A stretch of DNA of 47,514 nt, taken from Chromera velia (taxonomy: Eukaryota). The stretch is from NCBI GenBank assembly GCA_018398765.1, contig JAHBMJ010000446.1:1-47514 (forward strand), in the 5' to 3' direction. Positions 36,761-47,514 of the stretch are shown here, piece by piece. How positions within the stretch are numbered: the first letter of the stretch is position 1; each line of letters starts with the position of its first letter. The notes beneath the pieces are model-generated. The model saw only the letters and a list, made by a program, of their open reading frames with translations. It ran no database searches and was not told where the DNA came from. A program made the translations under genes and the position numbers.

Positions 36761-39700
36761 TTATGGGTACATAAACGAAGGGGCCGTGACTACGCTGCAC
36801 TCCTCTTCAATTCCTCCCGGTGTCTTTTCCTTCCCGTCCGTCCTGGCGGCAGTCTTCTGAGTGTCTGCGTTCCTGCTTAGGGGTCGACCAGAAGAAGAAG
36901 AAGAAGAAGAAGAAGAAATACCCTGTGCCCTCCTGTGAGCTTCTGGGGGGACATGCTCTACTTCTTTCCCCCCCCCTTTCTGATTTTCCCCAAGGTCAGA
37001 CAATTTGCTCACGCTTCCTCTCCGTCGCTCACGCCGGCCTCTGGAAACGCCTCCAGACGGTCCCCCCACTCGAAGCAGATTCATGTGAGCGTCTGCAGGG
37101 CAGTTCTTCTTGTCCTCATCGAACTGCGTCTCCGAGGCCCTCCCTCTCCCCTGCCCCTGCTGTGTGCCTGAGGCTGTGGCCTGCGAAGGGGAAAAGCCGA
37201 CCTTCCAAAACCCCGCAGGCGTCTCAGTCGGGGCTTGAAGGAACCTGCAGCACATGTGTACAGAGTCAGCAGAATGGGAGTCAAGGAGCGCAGGCCGACC
37301 TATCCGTGTGTGCATGCATGGGCGTACTGCTATGGCATCCTCCTTTCTCCCCCTAGGTTGAGAGCATCAGTCAGGACACGTCTTGGGGAACAGCAAGAGA
37401 GACAGGGGGGAATCGAACAAAGGAGAAACGTTGGTTTGCATTCAGCCCTGTTCACAAATAGCCCAGACACCATGCACAAACCAGCAACAGCAAAAAAGCG
37501 GTCGCAGTTCGAGTCTCGTCTATCTGCATTCCGTCACAATATTCACAAGAAAAAGAAGAATTCATCTGACCTGTGCCTTGAGAAGTTCTGCTTGAGATCT
37601 GCCGCCCCACCCCCTCCCGCAGGTTCTCCTCCCCCCCGAGGACCTCCGTGAGTGCACCCGCCCGCACAGCCAACCTCTCCGATGGCGTCGTAGAAGTCAG
37701 CACACTGAGTGCAGTCAACCCCCTGCACATGACGAACGAATCTTGTGGCACAGTCACATAATCCACGTTCTAAATCAAACCTCTCCAGCGTCTCAGCAAG
37801 CAAAAGTCGCGAAATTGTCTCAAGGAAAAAATAGAAGAATGGAAATGAGGATAAAAAAAGCATGAGGGAATGCGGGAAAAGAGAGATGAAAAGCAAGACA
37901 CCGTGACCGGGGAAACAACAGAGGATCCCGCATGTAGAGAGGCCACACCCACCATCAGCTTTGCCCGCTCTTCTTTGTTGCGAACCTGCGTGCAATCAAA
38001 ACGAAGCAAAAAACACTTCAAACTTCGCAGAGCCCCCCTCTAGCTCACTGGCTTGTATGGACTGAGGGGCTGGTTGAAATCTGTCTGAGCGAAGGTACAG
38101 ACTGTCTAATCACAACATAAAGAGATGCCATACGCATGTCAGTCATGCTTTTTTGATTTCCTCCCTGTCTGTCTGGCTCTTCCATGACATCCTGTACGAA
38201 CTTCTGACAGCTTTCCTTTGATGCACGAAGAGAAAAAAGAGGCAGCCAAAGGGGTGGGGAGATGAACTCAGATAAACTCTCAAGAGAAGCCAAGCACACA
38301 GACCAAAAAGTGATCTCAGCAGAAACACAAACACAGACACAGATGGCCGACCACTCGATAGTGAGGCCAAGGCACCGCCCCTCCTCCGCCTGCTGCCGCT
38401 GCTGCTGCTGGGACGTCTGCACCTCGCGCTTCACCGTGACAGCATTTTGCTCCTGAAGGATCAAGAAAGGAGGTGCCGCTTGTTTATCCACGAAGTCACA
38501 CTATTAAGAAAGGCATCGAAGCCAACCAGTACAAAATGTCATCTGTATCATCACAGTCCGAAGAGACTTTTCCATCGAATCAATAATCCAAACAGCCATC
38601 CACAGCCACTCGGCAAGCACAATTGCCCGTCTGTCTAACCGTCTATCAACGCCTTGCAGAAGACAAAATGGAGGAACGACAACGCTCATCTCTTTCTTTA
38701 CTTTCCCACCCACCTTCTTCTTGCCCACAGTGGTGAGAGCATCCCCCTTCAAACATCTGTGCCCCTTCCCTCTTGTTCTCAAGCCTCTCCAGTGTGTCTG
38801 TCAACACACCAGCAGAGCAGTCTTTCCCCCCTCCCCTCTCCCTCAGAGCACGCGCAAGTCTCTGAGGGACCACGCGAGGCTGTAGAGGGAAGGCATCGGT
38901 GCGCTCGTGTTCTTCCCTCTCTCTGACAGAGGAGGAAGGAGGAGGCGGATCGCCAGGAGGGGACAGAATGCGGACAGATGCGGAGACAGAGGCAGGAGAA
39001 CGGTCCCCCTCTCCTTCTTTGGCCTTCCGTTTGGAGAGAGAGACTTTCTTCCTCCTTTCCTGCCCCTCACTTTCTTCACATGTTTGATGTTCTGTACAGT
39101 TTTGCCTCGACTCATCCACTCTCGGGTCCTGGTTTTCCCTTTCCTCTCTTCTAATCCCCTTTCTTTGTCTTCTAACCGAGTCGAGTGACTCTCTACCTCC
39201 CTCGTGCTCTGTAAGGGACTGAATGTCTCCCAGAAAATCTCGCGAAGACCCTGCATCCCCTCTCTTCCGCTTCTTCCCCTTCCCCTTCCCGTGCAGAGCT
39301 TTGCCAGACGAAAGGGAGGGAGACGAACTGCTACCCGCGAGAAGGACAGGGTGGGGGGGGCGCTGTGGAAGTCTGATTCCTCCTCCCACTCCTCCTCCTC
39401 CTGCTGCTGTTGCTGTCACTCCGCTGTCTGTCTTTGGGGCTGTATCTGCATTTACGTGAGCAGACGCAGTAGGGGGACGTGTCCCTTGGGGAGCTCCGTG
39501 CGAGTCCCCAGACACCAACGGAGACGCATCAGCTGTCCCTGCTCGCAGACGGCTAGGGAGTCTCAAATCTATAGCACCTTTCGGCCCCCCCTGCAAATTG
39601 GAACGCTGTGTGCCCCCCCGACGAGACATCTGAACAGCAACAGTTCCCTTCCCACGACCGGTAGGCCGAGCAATGAAGGCGGACATGCACTGCTGCTGCC

Positions 39701-42454
39701 TCTTCTGCACCTTTTGCTGCTTTGCCTTCATCGCTCTTCCACTGATCAACCAATCAGCAGCCCCCCCTCCCTTCCCTGTTTGCTTTCGTGAAGAATCCTT
39801 CAGGGAGAGGGGGCCCTTTTGCCCTTTCTGCCTCGCACCAGACGCTTGGATCGTGTTCCTTGCAGGAAGTGCCCGAAGCGTCTTCGGCGCCTCTCTTCCT
39901 TCACGCCCTGAGAGAAAGAGAGACAAGGAAAGCTTGTCGATGCGTGAGAAGAACCAGCATCGGAGCATGTGGACGGTGCATCGAGATCGAGAAAAGCGAA
40001 GGAAGAAACAAGAATGACTGGGAGACGAGAGGAAGAGCACAAATAATTGGCAAGGGCAAAGTAGGCAGACAAACACACACTCACATACGCACAAACGCAA
40101 GAGAAGCAAAAACCCAATCCTTCTGACTGACCCGTCTCCTTCAATTCTCCTGCTGCTGGTCTTGCAGCGTTGTTCTCTATTTCTCCATCTGCATCTAGGA
40201 CGCCCCCCTCTGCCCTCCCTTCCTCCTCCTGTTCAGAGACCCAACAGACCTCTGTGGAGAGAACCCCCCTCCTACCTGATCCTCGTATCTCTTCCTCAAT
40301 CTCCACAAGACCTGCTGCCTCGTCTCTCTCTTCTTCTGATTTTTGCTTCTCGGTCTTTTTCTGCTTTTTTTCTTTCTTCTTTGCTTCCTTTGAACTCCCA
40401 CTCTCTCGCTCCTTCACATCTCTACCTGTCTGTGAGCCTGACACGGGAGCAGACAGAGACTGAAGGGACACATCAGAAATCGACGAAGAGAGGGAGATGG
40501 AAGACAGACGGAGACAGTTCTCTTTCCCTTTGCGGCTCATCGAATGCTGACGCTTTCCCTTTTCTCCCTTTCCCTTCAAAGACCCTCCACGTCTAGCAGA
40601 GAGGGACGTCCGATCTCGCCCACCCCCTCTCTCTCCCCGTCCATCAACCTCCATATCTACCTCTCCTTTTCCTTGCGGGGTTTTTCGGCCGTCTCTTTGA
40701 TGCTGGCCCTCAGGGAAGAGACGGGAGGATGAGCGGAGCATTTGAAGCCGCTCCAGAGTTGAGAGGGGTCGGGAGGGGTGGGATGAGAGGCCCCCTTCCC
40801 CTCTGGTCGCTTGTTTGACCTCAAGGGAACCTGCTGCCCCCCTCTCCCCTTGGTTCTTCCTTTGGGTCTCCGTCCGTGTCCCCCTGCTGTCTCTGGGGGA
40901 TCTGTTCTTCTCCTGCACATGCTGTGTGCGTGCACTGCTGATGAACTCAGCCAATGCGAGGGGAGAGGTGGAACTGGAGTTACTGTTCGCAGGTGAGGTC
41001 GAGGAGCTGGATGGAGGGGGAGGGGGAAGAATGGGGCGTCCACTTCTGGAGGGGGATTGGAGGGTTGGGGGCTGTCGGGATTCTTCTCGGGTCGGGGAGG
41101 AAGGTTGGTCTTTTGCGGAGTCTCTCTCTTCGTCCACCCGTATCTTTCCGTCTCCTGATGATATCCGTCTCCGTTGAGTGAGATCATTTGTTCCCCCGTC
41201 TCCAGTTTTTCGTTGGTAAGGACTGTGAGTAGAGGACCGCCTTCGCTTTTTCACAGTGGGGGGGGGGGATCCTGTCGTCTGCTGTGTGCGGAAGGGGGGG
41301 TCCATGGATCGAGAGAAAGATCTTCGGGCCCCCTGTGGAGGGGGGGAGACGTGGGGGTTGAACAAGTCGTGAGAGATCGAGGGAGACTCTAGGACAATCT
41401 TCTTCTCCACCTGTGTCCCCGTCTCCGTCCCATTCCCAGAGGAGAAAGCCCTCGCAACACCACACTCAGACTGTCTCTGTACAGAGCCTGACCTCCGTCT
41501 GGCCCTCCTCCCCTTTTTGCCCCCCGTCCATCTGCCTCCCTCTTCCTCCTCTTCTCTCTGTTCAGCCTCATGATGTTCTTTTTCCTCTTCGGGGAAAGCG
41601 GAAGATCGGGGAGGGGTAGAGGCTCCAAGGGAAACAAAGAGAGATTCGTGAAGAGACTGCAGGGCGTCGTCTGACAAAGAGGGGAGAGCATCTGAAGTGG
41701 GATCAAGACTGTCACATGGATACTGCTGCGAGACGAAGGTGGAAGGAATTTCTAAAGACTCCCTGCGAGTAGATCCGCGACCAGCATCCCCTCTTTCCCT
41801 GTTTCTTCCTCCTCCCTCTGGAGATACCTCGTCTCTCTCCGTCTCCTGTCTCCCCTCTAATGATTCGGAAAACTCCGGAGAGCTTCGTCCTCTTTGCTCT
41901 GCAGGGGGTTCTTCTTCTGCAGAAAAATCGTCTCGTCTTACACCTACGGGAGCTCTGTCCCCCTGGCTTCCCGCATTTGCTACTTCCTCCTCCTCCTCCT
42001 CCTCTTCTTCTACATGTGCACCTACTCCTGATTTGTTGAGCTCTCTTTGTGCAGACGAGGGGGGTGGAAAGGGGGAGGGGGGTGGGCGGGAAAATATCTC
42101 GTCAACACCATCTGCCCCTGCTGAGTGGCTTGAGGTATCTCCGTCTCCTGCTTCTGCTCTGTCTCTTTCCGCTGCCGATCTTACAGCAGGGGCAGTTGAG
42201 GGCCGAGCACGGGCACTCTCAGAAAATGCCAATGGATCTATCTCCAGAGCAGCAAGGGAATCTTCGTAAGTCTCTTGTCCAAGGTGCCGCTGCAACAACC
42301 GATGCAGCAATCTGTTCTCTCTCTCCAATCTTTCCAACTTACAGCCCACCTCTCTGGATATTTCCCGTCTGAGATGATCTCTCAGTGAACCAACCAGCAG
42401 AGTGAGAGGTTCTCTGGCGGCCCTGAGAAGATCCTCAGGGAGAGCATCACTCAT
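36761..42454 (-). CDS. CtIP/Sae2/Com1 (RBBP8-like) DNA end-resection factor, 6 exons, ~1428 aa
   Basis: Exons 42454-40132, 39907-38714, 38452-38352, 37985-37953, 37722-37571, 37244-36761 are GT-AG and phase-consistent (4287 nt). The spliced C-terminus reads PHYRVVRNKEERAKLMGVDCTQCADFY...FSRHRFLQAPTETPAGFWKVGF, carrying the VR, CxxC, RHR and TP..FW motifs of the SAE2 domain. N-terminal coiled coil, long disordered middle. Confidence 0.9.
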
Positions 42455-42662
42455 CGTCGGGCGAGACGGCTATCGACCAAATCATGCGTTCTCGGTTGAG
42501 CTACAACTCTCAAAGCCGAGCGGCTCAGCGGTTTTCGGAAAGAAGTCAAAAGACAGTGAGTACTTGCATCGTCGACATGATTTTTTGATCCTTCTGTAGG
42601 GTTGTCAGGAGACTCGCTCATTAATTGAAGATTCAAGGCACGCCCTAAACCTAGCTGACTTG

Positions 42663-42765
42663 TGGCCCCGGAAAGCGTAGCGTGGGGCACTTAGAAAATG
42701 CAAATGCATGGTTAGCCCACGATCGACGTCGCCCCGGAAAGCCCGTTAAATGGTCCGGAAAAGCG
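42663..42765 (+). promoter_or_regulatory. Cluster of CCGGAAA(A)GC elements 210-310 bp upstream of the CtIP-like ATG
   Basis: tggccccggaaagcgtagcg (42663), gccccggaaagc (42731), ccggaaaagcg (~42755). Role inferred from position. Confidence 0.5.
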
Positions 42766-42854
42766 AAATCCCTCTGCATGCATCGCCTGGCTCCGCACGT
42801 GCGAAAATTGACGCCACTGTGGAGTCCTACCCTGTGGCGCCATAGTTGCACAAG

Positions 42855-42937
42855 TACACTGTACTACACTATACTACACTGTACTATACTGTACTATTGT
42901 ACTATGACATCTACACTGTATTGTACTACTGTACTAG
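42855..42937. repeat. Degenerate ~10-bp minisatellite (TACACTGTAC)
   Basis: Directly visible tandem variants. Confidence 0.8.
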
Positions 42938-44064
42938 ACCTTAAAAAAAAAATTCTTCTATTTCTAGCATCCTAGGGGGTCTCTTAACCTACATTAATGC
43001 TCTATGAACGTGTGCTAAGTTATGATATGGTGATCATGAATTACAGTGACTCAGAAAGGAGCCTCTTTGAACTCTAGTCCGATGCTCTTCAAGTATTCAA
43101 CCGTCATCTCTCCATCTCGCTCGTCATCAAATGCCTCGGCAGACTCGTCCGATGCAAGAACTCGATGTAAGGTCGAGTCGTTAGATTCCCAAAATCTGGG
43201 TCTCTCTCCTGTGGTGCCCGGCGTTCCTCTGATGAACCCTCTGGAAGTGGAGGTTTTCTGTGTCTGTGCTTTCTCACAATGCCTCTGTCATGGTGCGAGG
43301 AGACTCGAGATTTCATTCTTTCGACTATATGCTTTGAAGTGTCAGTGTTCTATCGGTTGCATGGGTTTGCATTGCGTCTAGTTGGTCATGCTCTTTCACT
43401 CGCCTCTTTTTTTTTCCTTTTTGTGCATGTTCGGATATGTTTGACTGATCGCAAGGATGCGATTTTCTTGTCCGTGGCCGGGGAGGATCTGTGGAGTGAC
43501 ACTGGAGTCCTACCCTGTGGCGCCGCCCTTTAGACCTTCGCATGCGTTGTGTCTGAATGAGCCTACATACCGATACCATGCTCCGCTACCGCACGTATAC
43601 GCAGTCGCCTGTACGTGTCGCACTCGAAGCTCTGCGCATGCATGCAAGTCTACGTTTGACTTCTGTTGTTTGAGTAATATCCTACGGTAGGTTCGAGTTG
43701 AAAGCAGCTGAACTTCAAGTTATTGAATCTCTAGTTAAACCTATAGAGCCGGATTCATGTGGAGTCGGAAGAAGTCTGAAGACAAAGCTCAATAAAACTT
43801 TTTAGAGTCAAAGTAGGATTGAGACCTCGTTTACATAAACCTGTAAGATGTTGCTTGAGTTAGTGTTGCTCACGTTCCCTAGTCGACGTTCCTTCCCTAG
43901 ATCTTCCTAAGGTTCTTACCCTCGCTTTACCTTCTGTCTGGACACCATAAAGTGGCTAGACAGGAGGGACAAAGCACCACCAAAATTCCAAACCAAACAA
44001 TCTCATGCATACAAACTAACGGCCGGTATGCTGGGATGTGCTATGCATCCATGAACCCTCAAGA

Positions 44065-44982
44065 CTAGGGGGCCGCACTTGGTTTTATATGTAAATTCTA
44101 CCCTAATTTCGGTCATCTTGAATATAGGAACCTGAATGATTGATATATACAAACGGCTGAAACTACCAAATAAAGCATATCATGCTAAATCATGTTGGGT
44201 AGTTTATATCTGTGCAATCATAATGTTAGGCTACATTGTGGTGTCTCAAAGTTGAACGATGTCATGTCGCCAGGTTTTGTTGGGCGTTGGGCTGTGTTAG
44301 GCCTGTTGGGCAGTGCCCAACAGTACAAATGGCCCAACAGTAGCCTAACATCACTTTAAAGTGCACAACAGACATTGTAAAGCTTTTTAGACCAACTAAA
44401 AATCATGCAATCAAGACAACCAAAATTAAAGCTAAATGTTGCTTTAATATGAGCTTTATTCTCTTTATAGAACGTCTAGTAGAACGTATAAAATCGTTGT
44501 TTGAAAGTGAGGGGCGGTGTTAAGACCTTTAACCTCTAAAAAATGTGGCTCATTTTCAAACAACCATTTTTTACGTTTCATAAAGAGTATAAAGCTCATA
44601 TTGAAGCAACATTGAGCTCTAATTTTGTTCTTTTTGATTGCATGCTTTTTAGTTGGTCTAAACGGCTTTACAATCATGTCTGTTATGCACTTTAAAGTGA
44701 TGTTGGGCTGCTGTTGGGCCATTTGTACTGTTGGGCACCGCTAGGCACCACCCAACAGGCCCAACACAGCCCAACAGACCCTAAGCCCAACAGAACCTGG
44801 CGACAGAGCTGAGGGGGATAAAAACATAGCCCAATATTTGAAAGACAAAGTTTTAACTAACCCAACATGATGCTCCAAAATCTACTTCATATGCTAGTTT
44901 TAATGGTGTCTTTATATTCTATCTATAACATTTTAAGAGACATAGCTAAAGCAGGGGGGGCATCTGGAGTGTGGCCCCCTAG
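44065..44982. mobile_element. Foldback / Mutator-like non-autonomous element (918 bp)
   Basis: Terminal 15-bp inverted repeat CTAGGGGGCCRCACT; flanks CCCTCAAGA / CCCTTAAGA (8/9, ~9-bp TSD). Long inner inverted arms 44265-44475 and 44573-44805 surround a ~97-bp spacer, with patchy symmetry further out (catgttgggt / acccaacatg). Confidence 0.85.
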
Positions 44983-46069
44983 CCCTTAAGACTCAGTTTG
45001 TATCTCATGTTGCATTGAATTAGTGACTGAGAAACGTGTCGAAAAGCAGGGTACAAGATCGCTTGTGTATCAGTAGCTTCATGTAGCTTTGTCCACTGAA
45101 CTGTGCATCGGCAGCTGCTGTGGGATTTTCCTGTCCAAGAGTTCTTTAGCTAGCCCAACCAGATAGACTTTGTCAGTGAGCTCATACTGGCTGCATGGGC
45201 CCGATATGGGCTTGGCGGCCCGCGAATGGCCCTAGAAAGCGAAGCGGAGGGCACTTACTAAACAATTCCCTGAGCCTACACATGCATCTTTCATAAAAAA
45301 AAAGACCCCGGAAAGCTCTGCTCCCAATTAGCTCAGAAAAGCGTACGTCAGAATAGGCTACGTGTGGCGGCGCTTGAAACCGATCGCAATCCCCCCCCCC
45401 TCCCCGGCCTAGCTCCCCGGCCCCTGCTTCTCTCTCTCGTAAAAGATGTGAAGAAGAAAAAGAAAGAAGATTCAGAATCTGAAGAGAAAGTTCTCCACCT
45501 TCTTCTTCTGAGAGAAGAAGAGAAGAAGCTTCTAGAGAAGGTGCAAAGAAGAGAAGGAAAGAAAAAGAGAAATAGAGAATCGTTGGTCCGTCTGCTTCTT
45601 ATCAGCCTGCTTTTTTGCTTTCAGTACGTTTGTCTGCTTTCTGTTTTCCCGTCTCCTTCTTGCCTGCTTGTTGCTTTCCTTTCGACACGCTCGACTGCAT
45701 TTCGTCTGCCCGTCTCCTGCTTGCCTGCTTGTTTTTTTCCTTCCAGCACATCCGCTTAAGTTCTGTCTGCCCGTCTCCCTGCTGCATGTTCGTTCTTTTC
45801 TTTTCAGCACGCTTGCCTCAGTTCCATCAGCCTGCATTGTGCTTGTCCGTCTCTTTTCCTCCAGGATGCTGGGCCGCATTTTGTGTGACCGCCTCGTTCT
45901 TACGAGCATGCATCTTTCCTTCCAGCATATCATCCTGCATTGTGTATTTCCGTCTCTTTTTGGCCGGTTTACTTCTATATTTCCAGTGTGCCCAGCTCAA
46001 TTTTGTCCGTAAACAGAGAGAAAGGGAAAGAAGAGAAAGACAGAACAGAGGGAGAGAAGAGAAACAGAA

Positions 46070-47514
<1,445 letters not shown>

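Noticed and set aside
45364..45759. First exon of a gene after the 45228-45345 motif cluster
   Set aside because: Non-ATG start, low-complexity K/E/L content and no downstream exon visible before the window ends; cannot be supported.

Overview
Eukaryotic, intron-rich nuclear DNA: GC-rich exons, microsatellite-filled introns and AT-rich, transposon-derived intergenic blocks. The style, a protein with an apparent signal + transit peptide, and an apicomplexan-like K+ channel suggest a photosynthetic alveolate such as Chromera (inference only). Genes assembled by hand from splice sites and reading phase: the 3' end of an unknown + strand gene (108-1408); a MUL1/SP1-type GIDE + RING E3 ligase (-, 2255-6287) head-to-head with a single-exon, probably plastid-targeted membrane protein (+, 6933-7703); a 19-exon Slo/BK-type K+ channel (-, 22118-33956, ~1743 aa); and a 6-exon CtIP/Sae2/Com1 homolog (-, 36761-42454, ~1428 aa). 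There is also an intronless pseudogene (-, 15246-17107), two hAT-type MITEs and a Mutator-like foldback element. The most interesting unexplained signals are (i) a recurrent (TGG)CCCCGGAAAG(CGWAGCG) element, with a covarying hairpin, clustered 100-280 bp upstream of start codons; (ii) a directional C>T/G>A decay signature in repeats and the pseudogene; and (iii) an atypical GTCAG 5' splice-site preference. Most ORF-track entries are microsatellite or antisense artefacts.
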